A stretch of DNA of 64,000 nt from Eledone cirrhosa (GCA_964016885.1 OZ024747.1:81468001-81532000), one strand, 5' to 3'; numbered from the stretch's first letter, positions 28,311 through 39,675 are shown. The notes: generated from the letters alone by a model not told the origin. Translations and numbers: made by a program.

Positions 28311-28729
28311 AATTCAAATTTTGCTAAGAGAAGAAAACGGTCAAATGAACTAGATACATCTCACTGTCCACACCACCACAATAACGTCTACACTCTCTCC
28401 CCACCATCACATGTCATTACCATACCATACCCTATCGAGACTAAAGTCATCGACCTGTTGTCAAACTCTCTACTCTCTGATGAATGTATATATATATATG
28501 TGTGTGTATGTATATGTGTGTATATACATCACTCAGTCAAACAACCAGATTTCAACCCCAACATCTACAACAACAACAACACCGGCCCTAATGTTTACAG
28601 CAACAACAGCTTCAGAATGAACTGAAATGAACATTTACAACAATTACAACAACAACAACAACAGCGGCATCAAAACATAAAAAAAGGAAGGGAAAAGAAA
28701 AAAAAATATATATACATATATATATATAT

Positions 28730-28779
<50 letters not shown>

Positions 28780-28848
28780 AAAAAGAGATGAAATCGAAAA
28801 TGCAACTGAAGTCTTATTTTTTTAAAAAATATATATATTTATTTGGTT

Positions 28849-28886
28849 CCTTTACCGGTTTCACAGTTCTTCTGCTTTTCAAAAGG
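28849..28886 (-). ncRNA. Mirror-image hammerhead motif in the inverted arm
   Basis: Reverse complement cctt|ttgaaaa|gcag-aagaa-ctgt|gaaa|ccgg|ta^|aagg. Confidence 0.78.
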
Positions 28887-28965
28887 TGAGTTGAGATGGA
28901 GGGTCTGTGGTTTTTCTCACGTCTGTGGTTTTTCTCACAGATGTGAGAAAAACCATCTCAACTCA

Positions 28966-29003
28966 CCTTTTGAAAAGCAGAAGAACTGCGAAACCGGTAA
29001 AGG
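28966..29003 (+). ncRNA. Minimal type-I hammerhead ribozyme motif, U3-A8 compensatory variant
   Basis: cctt|ttgaaaa|gcag-aagaa-ctgc|gaaa|ccgg|ta^|aagg: stem I cctt/aagg, stem II 4 bp, palindromic stem III (accggt), GUA cleavage triplet. Confidence 0.8.
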
Positions 29004-29635
29004 AACCAAATAAATATATATATTTTAAAAAAAAATAAGACTTCAGTTGCATTTTCGATTTCATCTCTTTTTCTTTATACTTCCACTCGTGTAGGACACC
29101 TCGGTTATTTTTCATTTTGTAAAAAAAAACCTCACCTTCTAATATATATATATATATATATACATAGTTTTGCGAGGTTTTTTATATGAAATCGTGTGTC
29201 GCAACAAATATTGTTATACTTGGGGAGGGTCATATTTGTGTAATATTGCCAGAATTAATAACAGAACACACTCACTGTTTGGTTGGTTTTCGCTTCTGTG
29301 TCTTTTATATCGGTAATCTAATTTATTCGGTCCTCAGTGTTGCCATTGACTGACCAACGGTCAAAAATAATACAGATACAATATAGACACAAACACATAT
29401 ATATAGTTTATCAAATTTCTTTCGTTGCACATCTGCAACATCGTCAGTGGTGTTATTGTTTCCTCCCGTTGCATTGTATTTGCAATGGCGTAGAAAACAT
29501 GTATGAATGTGTATATACACATACATGCATATATATATATACACACACATACATATACACACATACATATACATATATATACACACTATACATATACATA
29601 CACATACATATACATATATATACACACATACATAT

Positions 29636-29669
<34 letters not shown>

Positions 29670-29683
29670 ACACACATACATAT

Positions 29684-29723
<40 letters not shown>

Positions 29724-30239
29724 ATACATATATATATATTTTTTTTTTTTATATATACACACACATACATACATATATATATTTTTTTAATTCCTTTGAT
29801 AAATACCTGAGCACAAAAAAAAAAAAAATTAGAGGATGCCCACACATAAGATCACATCACCTCCTGGCATAAAAACATACAGACAAACGAAACACTACTT
29901 TCTTACACCTACCTTAATTCCCTAAATCAGTTCTATGCCTATACACATATCACACTGCACCCAAATATGATTAAATACAATAAGCTATGTAAATTATATA
30001 CACATAAATAACATATACACATTTAGCAATATATTTGTCACACTCCACCTTAATATGGGTTACACACAACAGCCTATATAAATAATACCTACATAAATAT
30101 ACACACAAAAGTACACAAATACACAACATTTGCATATTTAACAACATACTAATAAAAATACCCTTTCACTACAATAACCCATACTCCTCTCTCTTTGTAC
30201 GTATTTTGACAGAATCGCAGAAATATATATATATATATA

Positions 30240-30429
30240 TAACGAAGGAAATGTGGTAAGGAACCAGGTGGACCATAACGCACCAAAGTACTCAATACTT
30301 GAGGTAGTAGAGTGGGTAATAGGAACCAGTAAGACCCCGACAGCTGAGCTCAAGCCGTTTCGACAGCTAGTCCAGAATTAGCCGTCAAAACGGCTTGAGC
30401 TCAGCTGTCGGGGTCTTACTGGTTCCTAT
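30240..30429 (-). mobile_element. Hairpin+tail element family H copy
   Basis: Palindrome 30319-30429 with a 9-nt loop at 30370-30378. Tail nearly identical to 24398-24476. (TA)n flanks. Confidence 0.8.
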
Positions 30430-30551
30430 ATATATATATATATATATGGAAAATAAATTTCATTTCTCACTCTTAGTACGGCTGATACTTAATATATATA
30501 TATATACACAGAAGATCCGCCTTACCTAAGTACAAAGTGAAACCTACTACA

Positions 30552-30916
30552 GTCAGTAGACACCTCTAACAAAATACACCCCCGTCCCACTACCCCACCC
30601 CATCCACACCACCCCCTTAAATGTGAAGTTATGTTGGTACCACAACATCCAGTCCGAAACAAATGAGGTCGTGTAGGTGTCACGACAAAAAAACACAGAG
30701 TCCACGTTGTGATGTGGCCGTGTAGGTAACACGGTAAAAACCTCCCAGCCCCACACCGTAAACGTGGTTGGTGTTAGGAAGGGCATCCAGCCGTAGAAAA
30801 CCCACCAGACAGTCCTATACGAGCAGGACAACCAATCTTCCCTCAAGTGGGAAAACTCCCGTCCAAACCCATGCAAGCTTGGAAGATGGACGTTAAACGA
30901 TGATGATGATGATGAT
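30552..30916 (+). mobile_element. RTE LINE 3'UTR-only insertion
   Basis: Close match to 18743-19118, including ctctaacaaaatacacccc and the terminal ggacgttaaacg(atg)n. Confidence 0.9.
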
Positions 30917-31607
30917 ATATATATATATACATATATATATATAGTGTCTCTATAACCTATGCTAGAGCAGGCTTCGAAAACTTAGCAAGCGACTTTGTTA
31001 AGAAATTATTCATAATAATATATCATGTCCCTGTACTTAGCATAGTGCACTCTTTTGCCTTTATCTATTTTATGGAAATTCTGATGTATATTGAGAGCTG
31101 GGTGTTCCCATTATGAGGGCAGTCTGCCCACTTGGCTGCACCATGCCTTGCTCAAAGTGGGGCTGTGTTAAGGCTGAGTTTTTACGGTTGCTGGATGTCC
31201 TTCCTACTGCCAACCAGATTTACACTGTAGAAAAGTCTGGTTAGATGGCTGTCTGTATCATATCTTCCAGCTACTGGATGACCTTTGTAACACCAACTAC
31301 ATTTACGGTGTGGAACTAGCTGTCACCGTTATGAGGAGGGCATGGCATACCCTCCTCACAGTGGAACACACAGATGCAAACTAAACTTCTCATACAAAAA
31401 AAAAAAAGAAAACTGATTCCATGAAATACTACATCAGCAATTGACGTAATTCTCATAAATAGTGAAGTAACCATCAAACAGCAATTAAATCTAAATATAA
31501 TCCCATAGAGAAGAAACTGGAACATTTTTCTCGGAAATATATAAACACGAACACACACACACTCACATATATGATGATGATGATGATATATACATATATA
31601 TGAGAGA

Positions 31608-31946
31608 GGCACATGGCTTAGTGGTTAGAGCATTGGCCTTGCAATCGAAAGGTTGTGAGTTCAATTCCCAGACCGGGTGATGTGTTGTTTCCTTGAGCAA
31701 GACACTTTATTTCACATTGCTCCAGTTTACTCAGCTGTAGAAATGAGATGATAGGGACTGGGATCCCTATCATTCCACTGCAAAGTGGTCGTGGAGGTGC
31801 CACGGCAAAAAAGCACCCAGCACTCACTGTAAATGAGGTTGGTGTTAGGAAGGGCATCCAGCTGTAGAAATCAAGCCAGAATCAGTTCCCGTCCCACCCT
31901 TGCAAGCAGGGAAAAAGCGGACTTAAAATGAAATGAAATGAAATGA
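31608..31946 (+). mobile_element. tRNA-derived CORE-like SINE family B with RTE-shared 3' half, full length
   Basis: tRNA head (tggcttagtggttagagc...gagttcaattcc), CORE-like ccttgagcaagacacttt...cagctgtagaaatgagatgatag, then RTE 3'UTR module and tail ending (aaatg)n. Confidence 0.9.
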
Positions 31947-32699
31947 ATAGAGAGAGAGTAAAGAAGAGAAAGATTGATAGATAGACAGAGAGAGAGAGAC
32001 ATCCTGACTTATATATACATAGAAATGTTTATCAATAAAAAGAGATATTGATACATACAAATATACTCATTTATATGTATATATCCCTGTGTGTACATTT
32101 ATAATGAAAGCAAGGATTTGAGTTTTATATAGATATCATGCTATCAAGTACTTCAAGTCAAAATTGAGGAAGTGATTGATATATGTGTAACTATGCATAG
32201 CATTGAAATATATTTCTATATAGTGGGTTACACACCAACATCCATATTTTACATTCTAATGAGAGGTATCATATGATTGTCAGGTCAATTTATGTAATAC
32301 ATGCACATACAGAATGAGGGTACTGTTCTCAATCTATCAGCATGATTTCTATGCATGCCATTATTCAAATTCAAGCTCTCAAATTAATTATCATCATTAT
32401 ACTCCTCATCATAATAACCAGCATCACTGTCATTATTTTTATGCCTGCTTTTCCATACTCTTGTGGGTTGGATAGGTATTCTCTATCATATCATCTCTTT
32501 ATTTTTTGAAATCCTTTGTCATTTCTTTAGTCCTTATGAATAAGGAAACTTTCTTTAGTTGCAGGGTTAACATTTTATTGTTAAAACTTAATGGATAGTA
32601 TGTGATTCTGAACAGAACAACAATGGATTAAATTTCTACAATGTAACCTTTAAAAAAATGCAAAATGCTCAAATAATAGGTAGTATAACAAGCTAAATG

Positions 32700-32890
32700 A
32701 TGCCTTGCTCCCAGTAATCTAACAGTAAGCTGGATATTAAGTCCTTGTGCAGTATAACTGGATGGGTGATCTTGGCTTGGTAATCATGCAAAGTAGTCAG
32801 ACAAGGAGAAGGATAAATCTGGAAAAAACCCTCACTACCTGTGCGTGGCTGTATAGTGAAGGCTAATAGAGTCAACCCTCACAGTAAATT
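32700..32890 (+). mobile_element. Possible degraded RTE 5'UTR
   Basis: ggcttggtaatcatgcaaagtagtcagacaaggagaaggataaatctgg...aaccctcactacctgtgcgtggctg resembles the recalled RTE 5'UTR pattern (ggcaaccagtctaggagaaggaaaactctg). Confidence 0.4.
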
Positions 32891-33134
32891 ACATTGGAAG
32901 AGAACACAACGTTCACTAATTGTATTCATACTAAAAAGAGCATGAAAACACAACTGATTATTAGAAGAGTGATATTTATTCATTCATAAAGCTTATAGTT
33001 TTTATCTTCACAGAAATTATTTAATTAAATATATAAAGTTGTGGGCAAGATTCCTGACTGGATAGCATGTTGTCTTCTAAAGCAAGTCCCTTCATTTCCT
33101 GTTGCTTTCCATGATAGAATTGAGTCCCCTCTCG

Positions 33135-33228
33135 CTATCACCTCAGAAACCCTCTCTCTGTCACCCCAGAAACCCTCTCTCTATCACCCCAGAAACCCTC
33201 TCTTGATCAGCCCCAGAAACCCTCTATC
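33135..33228. repeat. 23-bp minisatellite (cccagaaaccctctctctatcac) x ~4
   Basis: cagaaaccctct recurs four times at ~23-bp spacing. Confidence 0.85.
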
Positions 33229-34581
33229 AGATACAACCTCGTAGGAAGCCACCTGTATCTTCATAGGTGTGGGCTGTAAATTTCCTATTTTCATTTTATC
33301 TACATTAAAACAGCTCGTCTTGACAGCAGCACACAATGAACTTTAAGTTGTTTGAGACTTCAGTAATTAACTTAAACAATTTCAGGTACCTTCTGAGAAG
33401 TGAATTAATAAGATGTTTCATAATCCTTGTCATTCAGTTATTAGATTGTCTAAAAATGGAGAAATGAAATTTTCATTTTATGCTATTTCATTCAATTCAA
33501 ATATCTCATAACCATATTTCTGATGAAAAACATTGTGTAATACTTTCAAATCATTTTGAAAATTTGCACATAAAATAATAAATATTCATACATAAAATTA
33601 TGACGGGAAGATATTTAAACACTTGAAAATAAACAACATTCTATTATAGGACCGGGATGGATTTCAAGCAGATTTGTAACTAATAAGTGAATTGTTGTGA
33701 AGTTTAACTTCACCAGAGCTAAACCTTGTCATTTATATCTTGAAACATTACTTTAAATACACACACTGGAAGTTTATGTTTGTAAATCATCGTAATGAAA
33801 ATCACAGAAATGGTAGAGAGCTAGCTTAGATCAATCAATGTATTTAATTCAGGGCTTCCAGAGACTAAATTTATATGTGACTTATGGGCAATAAAATACT
33901 GTGATTTAATAGTATTAATTTGATTGACTGTATTCCCAACCATTATTAAAATGCAAATGTCTCTTAGTTGATATAAAATATCTTTGAAGTCTGCCTATAC
34001 AGTAAGGCATTTATGTTAAGAATAAAATTAAAAGTGTAGTGTTTAACCTTCGAAGCACAATATTATGATAATTTGGATATCATCATGCAAGAGAGGAGAC
34101 GGTTCTCTCTTTCTAATGAAAGGTGAATGCTGTCAGTCTCAAGAAACATAATAATTTCAATGTCACAATGACACTTTTGATGGGAGTGAGCTTTGAAAAC
34201 TATAATAACATGTCCAAGGATTTAGGACACCAGTGGTCCCTACACACTACAGTAGATATAACTATACTTTTACCAAACTGCTGGATAAGAACAACAAACT
34301 GATCATTGGCATCAAAGTAGACAAGTATGCATTAATAATTAAAATTTGTATTGTAAATATCCTTGACAATCGTCTACACAAGAAACTCTCAGTAGCAAAA
34401 TAATGAGACTTTATACAAATGTATAAATGTGTATCTTCATGTCTATGTCTTGTGTTTGTGTGTATGTATATATATATATATATAGTGGTGGAACACTGGA
34501 AGGTAATATCCGTAGTGGTAGAGCACTCAGTCCAAGGGACGAGTTAGGTAGAAGTGGTTACACAACAGTTAGTTCACCATA

Positions 34582-34621
34582 CCGAGAACAATTGTTTCAC
34601 CTTCGCGGATCTTCAGCTCGG
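34582..34621 (-). ncRNA. Mirror-image hammerhead motif
   Basis: Reverse complement ccgag|ctgaaga|tccgcgaaggt|gaaa|caattg|tt^|ctcgg. It differs from the + copy only at the variable N7 position. Confidence 0.82.
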
Positions 34622-34708
34622 GATGTATATGGTTATAGGAACAGGAAGGACAACCGTACGAACCTGGTTTGTGCGGTTGTCCTTCCTGTTCCTATAACCA
34701 TATACATC

Positions 34709-34748
34709 CCGAGCTGAGGATCCGCGAAGGTGAAACAATTGTTCTCGG
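34709..34748 (+). ncRNA. Minimal type-I hammerhead ribozyme motif
   Basis: ccgag|ctgagga|t-cc-gcgaa-gg-t|gaaa|caattg|tt^|ctcgg: stem I 5 bp, palindromic stem III (acaattgt), GUU triplet. Confidence 0.82.
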
Positions 34749-34784
34749 TATGGTGAACTAACTGTTGTGTAACCACTTCTATCA

Positions 34785-34856
<72 letters not shown>

Positions 34857-34884
34857 TGATAGAAGTGGTTATATATATATATAT

Positions 34885-35097
34885 AAGTTTATCCCGGGTT
34901 CAATCGGGGGTAACCACAGTAAGTAATGTACTCAATACAAAGCAGAGTATAATTATTTAATATAGAAAAGCTTCTACAGGACTAGAACTGTTTCATTCAG
35001 GAGGAATCATCAGGAAGCTGACTGTCCAAGTAATATGGTGGTATTTATATCTTTTCAGGTGGTAGGAGAGGGTGGTGATTGGGATGGGTTTAAAGAA

Positions 35098-35103
<6 letters not shown>
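34885..35103 (-). mobile_element. Penelope-like pseudo-LTR remnant with a single hammerhead, in (TA)n
   Basis: Hammerhead at 34969-35019 followed on the minus strand by a tail containing gtattgagtac. (TA)n flanks. Confidence 0.65.
34969..35019 (-). ncRNA. Type-I hammerhead ribozyme motif, canonical core
   Basis: Reverse complement agcttc|ctgatga|ttc-ctcct-gaa-t|gaaa|cag-ttctagtc-ctg|ta^|gaagct: stem I 6 bp, stem III 3 bp plus A-U, GUA triplet. Confidence 0.85.
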
Positions 35104-35136
<33 letters not shown>

Positions 35137-35160
35137 ACAAAAAGAAGATGCAATTTCTTC

Positions 35161-35372
35161 ATCATCATCATCATCATTTTACATCCGCTTTTCCTTGCTT
35201 TTCAGCAAAGCATCTCTCCATGTGTCACTGTCCTTCATCATCTCCTCTGTGAGCTTCAGCAATCTGAGGTCAGCTCTCACCACCTCCGCCCATGTTTTTC
35301 GTGGTCTTCCTCTACTGTGTCTTCCTTTCACCAGGATTTCTTGGCACTTCTTCATCCAGCAGTCATGTTCAT
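35161..35372 (-). mobile_element. RTE LINE 3' end, same family as 61198-61429
   Basis: Reverse complement contains agtagaggaagaccacgaaaaacatgggcggaggtggtgagagctgacctcaga and the tail gggaaaagcggatgtaaa(atg)n-like sequence. Confidence 0.85.
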
Positions 35373-35401
35373 ATTTTAATAATTCTATAGTATATAATTC
35401 T

Positions 35402-35434
<33 letters not shown>

Positions 35435-36257
35435 ATTCACATGTATATATATGGATGTATAGTTAAGAGGTTCACTTAGCAATCATTAAGAATATGTATT
35501 TCTCTATAGCTGTGGGTAATCTATGCATATAATCTATGAGTATATCAGGGTAGGGTCTCAATAGTAGAAGTGTTGGACCAATAACAGCCACAACCCTAAC
35601 TGAATTTGAATAACATTTCTCATTGAGAAAGTGAAAACATTCAATTGCAAAACTGGAAATGCTTGTCATATGTTGCACAAACACTTGCATGCACATGCAT
35701 ACACACATACATGCACACACACAAATGTATACACATACTTGCACACATACCTGGAGAAATCCAAGCACATTCACAGACTTGCACACCCACAAATGAATTC
35801 CATAGCAATCTTTACATGAAATAGAACTGTGCTCAGAATAAAATGCAATGAATAACTGCAATTACTAAACAGGTTTGTTGCGCAAATGGCAGAATAATGT
35901 GTGCATTTTATTTCTTCTTTCTTTAATTTATTTATTTACTTATTTTTGTATATCTAAATATGTGTGACAGAAACGAATGGAAGGGAGCAAGAGAGAATGA
36001 AGGGAGAAGAGAAAGATATATATAAATATATATAGAAAGAGAGAGAGGGAGAGAAGGGGGAGAAGGGGGAGAGGGAAGTCTGTAATAACAAGCTTTAGAT
36101 CAACTGAATCACTTCAGGTCATAACTATAGAATTATTTGCATAATTTGCCCTTGCTCCACCTTTCAAAACTAGGAATGAGAAAGAAAGAAGAAACAATTA
36201 AATAATGCCAATATAGCAGTAAATGTGCTCGAAAATAACATCCCTCTATTATTCATA

Positions 36258-36754
36258 CTAGCACAAAAACCACCCTCAGGTGGTTTTCTGCTAGCATGTG
36301 TAGTGTGTATATTGATATTATACACAAATATATATGCATGTAGATATGATACATCAAATAAAATCATAATTGACAATATACACAGAAATTGAACGAAGTC
36401 TATGTTACACTGTCTTCTGTAATCAGTAACGTAATCCATGATACATTTTAAAAAAGACGATATTATATATAAACTGCATTAGGAGAAAATTAGCAACAGA
36501 AATATATGCGATATCTTTATAAGTGTTGTAATATAATGGCCGCTAATCGGAAGTGTTGACATTTGAAAATTTTAAAGAAGTGAATCTTTAAGTAAGCTAT
36601 AAAATAGATTTAATCAACATCCACAAAATTTAGCACATAAATTATGTAATATTCATTCATTACTTATTCAAAGTAATCCAACTTATTTTACAAATGGGGT
36701 AAAAAAATATATTCTGGACGCAGTCCCGCACTCCTTTCTTTATTATAGTTTAGA
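36258..36754 (-). mobile_element. Non-autonomous Helitron-like element
   Basis: Minus strand a|TCtaaactataataaag ... hairpin aaaaccacc-tgag-ggtggtttt, tgtgCTAG|t. Sits between A and T. Confidence 0.55.
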
Positions 36755-36929
36755 TATCATCCTGATAACCATCATCATTTAACATCTTATTTCAGTATAT
36801 AATCAGAACCACAAACCTCACAGATAGGCCGCAGTCAACTTCTTACATACATAACTTCCCACACTTTCTAGAGTGAATAATATTATGATACCAGCACTAT
36901 GTAGGTTGTCATGTCTTTAATACATTAAG

Positions 36930-37290
36930 ATTCCTCTTTCCTACTTACTAAATACTTAGTCTTTGCTAGGTTTATTCTGAGCCCATTTGAGTTGATTCTA
37001 TTTTCGGTTTCCACAATGGTAATTCCTTCTCTTGCTTTTCCCAATATTCAGCTATAGGGACTTCAAGGCCATCAGCATACAGAAGGAAGTTCTCATGGAC
37101 TGCCAGTTATAAACTTCTCTGTTAAAGGCTGAAAAACTACAATAATGAGGAGGGGGCTGAGAACTGTGCCTTGATGACCACCTAGCTATGTAATGAATTC
37201 CTCACTAAACTCCTTATCTACTCTCACTTTACTAACAGCACTTCTATACATCTTGCACTGCTCCCATGAGCCAGTCATCTACAACTGGTT
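36930..37290 (-). pseudogene. Degraded RT-core fragment of the same RTE group
   Basis: Reverse strand retains gctgttagtaaagtgagagta (AVSKVRV), catcaaggcacagttctcagcccc (HQGTVLSP), ctgtatgctgatggcctt (LYADGL) and aacctagcaaagactaag (NLAKTK), with frameshifts. Confidence 0.8.
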
Positions 37291-37356
37291 TCCTTAAAGA
37301 AAGGACCACAAGATAACAGATCGTAATATTTCAAGACCTTTTTCTAGATCTTCAAA

Positions 37357-37408
<52 letters not shown>

Positions 37409-37410
<2 letters not shown>

Positions 37411-37860
37411 TGATGTGTTGTTTCCTTGAGCAAGACACTTTATTTCACATTGCTCCAGTTCTGTAAATGAGGTTGGTGTTAGGAAGGGCATTCAGCTGTA
37501 GAAATCAAGCCAAAATCAGTTCCCGTCCCACCCTTGCAAGCAGGGAAAAGCGGACGTAAAATGAAATGATGATGATGATGATGATTTACAGTGAGTGCTG
37601 GGTGCTTTTTTTTCCGTGGCGCCTGCACGTCCACTTTACAGTGTGGGCTGGGTGCTTTTTTGCCGTGGCACCTCCACGACCACTTTCCAGTGGAATGATA
37701 GGGACCCCAGTCCCTATCATCTCATTTCTACAGCTGAGCAAACTGGAGCAATGTGAAATAAAGTATATTGCTCAAGGAAACAACACATCACCCGGTCTGA
37801 GAATTGAACTCACAACCTTTCGATTGCAAGGCCAATGCTCTAACCACTAAGCCATGTGCC
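37409..37860. mobile_element. Two SINE family B copies tail-to-tail: internally deleted + copy (37409-37584) and 3'-truncated - copy (37585-37860)
   Basis: Both segments match 31608-31946, in opposite orientations. Confidence 0.88.
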
Positions 37861-37964
37861 TCAATATAAATATCTAAAACCCATCCATCATAATTTTATC
37901 TACAAACCGTTGTTAATTTATACTTCATACACCCAATAAGTAATGAGGAAGTTATTTTACAAAG

Positions 37965-38271
37965 TCTATACTATAAAGCTGATGGCTGTATGTAGGAAAC
38001 AAACTTTCTGCCAAACGGCTGGACCAAACAGCACCAAATTTGCACCATAGATGTAACTTTTTCCAAGTAAAAAAGTGAGGGTATTTTTGTCTACTGAATT
38101 TTGTTAAAAGATTAAAGACATTATTTAAATATTCACTTCTTCAAAATTTCAAATGTCAACACTTCCGGTTATTCATCATTCCTCACTTTTTCTTAGTCTG
38201 TCTTTTTAGATAGACTGAAAAGATAAAATGCCAGAATACCTAGCTGGGCATCAGCCGGACGGGCCAGCTAG
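37965..38271 (+). mobile_element. Non-autonomous Helitron-like element
   Basis: 5' TCtatactataaag, and a 3' GC-rich hairpin-like segment ctgggcatcagccgg followed by CTAG then T. The upstream base is G rather than the expected A. Confidence 0.6.
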
Positions 38272-38730
38272 TTTGTATATATCATAGACTATGTTATACA
38301 ATGTATACATCTTTCTTTAAAAGATTTGAGGTAGATATGGCTGCTATTTCTAATAAACCCAAGAACCTGCTAAAAAAATAAATTAAATAGATGAGTCAGG
38401 AGAAGTTAATTTGATGGGATAGTTAATGAATATTTACAATATGTATTTCAGACCATATATATCTTGTTCTGTTTGCAGCTGGAAGAATTCTATGACATCG
38501 TAGTTTGGGCTTGAAACTAGTATTTTGTTATCGTTTATACAAGCATAGATAGATGATTCAGAAGGACAGGACTGCATATTGTGAAACATAACATATACTG
38601 AAATATAACATGTACTGAACTATACATAACAATTGTTTTAACAACACCAGTGCCCTGTCTCAGAAAACTTTATCAACTGCAGCAAACAATTTCTTTCATC
38701 TGAAACTTTAATATTCTTAACCATTTATCC

Positions 38731-39020
38731 CAGTCATGGGTAACCTGTGGCCCTCATAGCTTTCTGAATGGCTCGCCTGAGTCACCTAAATGAAATCTTT
38801 CTGATTTTTTATCCCAAATTTTCAGTCGTAATTTATCTTTCTATCATTTTTATGATCGAGGAAAACAACGTGTATGAATTCTGAAGAAACAAATCAAAAC
38901 AACCTGAGTTACCACCCTTTTTTTTCTTGTGAGCACGAATGTAAATTAGCGCTTGCAGCCCGCCTGATGATGACCCATATCTCATGTTGCCCGCTTCTCG
39001 AAAAAGGTTGCCCATGCCTG
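38731..39020. mobile_element. Non-autonomous hAT (Charlie-like) MITE, 290 bp
   Basis: TIRs cagtcatgggtaacct / aggttgcccatgcctg and a perfect 8-bp TSD atttatcc at 38723-38730 and 39021-39028. Confidence 0.9.
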
Positions 39021-39021
39021 A

Positions 39022-39298
39022 TTTATCCCTTTCATTACCATATTTCTAATGAAAGACACTGCCTATGGTTATCAAATAATTTTTTGAAAAATCAGGAATA
39101 ATTTTTTGCTGGTGGGAGGGATATGGTAATATAACAAACTCTCCCAATATTAAGTTGGTGTTTAGAGCATAACTTGACAAAGATTTTAAAATAAAATGAT
39201 GATGAAATGTTTGTAGATAAATATAAACACTTTAAAATATTCAGTTTTGTATAACAAAAACAGAGGCAGATTCAGGTGATTTGGCAGCAAAAGGTTAA
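39022..39298. mobile_element. Degraded TTAA-type non-autonomous DNA element
   Basis: Left tttatccctttcattacc, right ttggcagcaaaaggttaa. Related ends at 7268 and 53108. Confidence 0.45.
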
Positions 39299-39611
39299 AC
39301 ACACTAAATTACAGAGTAGATAATTTCTCCTTTGGTATCATAGAATTCCTTAAGAATTCCAATAAAAAGATTTTAACCAGACTGACAGTCAGCATAAAGC
39401 GACAGATAAACAACCTAGATCGGTTTCAGTTGTACTACCTAAAAAAATTTGAATCAACTATTCACAAATTTTGTAAAAGAACTGCAAAAATTTCTTGAAT
39501 TCTGTTTTGTGGACAAAATATCTTACATCAGTTGAAAATGCAATAGACAAACATCTCATAATGCTAATTTTAGGAACAAACTTTAATTTTTAAAATAGAC
39601 ACACAGACACA

Positions 39612-39675
<64 letters not shown>

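Larger units (their letters stand above)
28773..29142 (+). mobile_element. Penelope-like pseudo-LTR fold-back element (palindrome 28773-29079 + tail) in (TA)n
   Basis: Near-perfect inverted arms of about 125 bp, each with a hammerhead, then a unique ~63-bp tail. (TA)n on both sides. Confidence 0.7.
34485..34781 (-). mobile_element. Penelope-like fold-back element (tail 34485-34548 + palindrome 34549-34781) in (TA)n
   Basis: 116-bp arms centred at 34665, each with a hammerhead. (TA)n flanks. Confidence 0.72.

Noticed and set aside
31618-31857. Recurrent short ORF MPFLTPTSFTVSAGCFF...LEQCEIKCLAQG (also 37566, 54673)
   Set aside because: Antisense translation of SINE family B, not a protein family.
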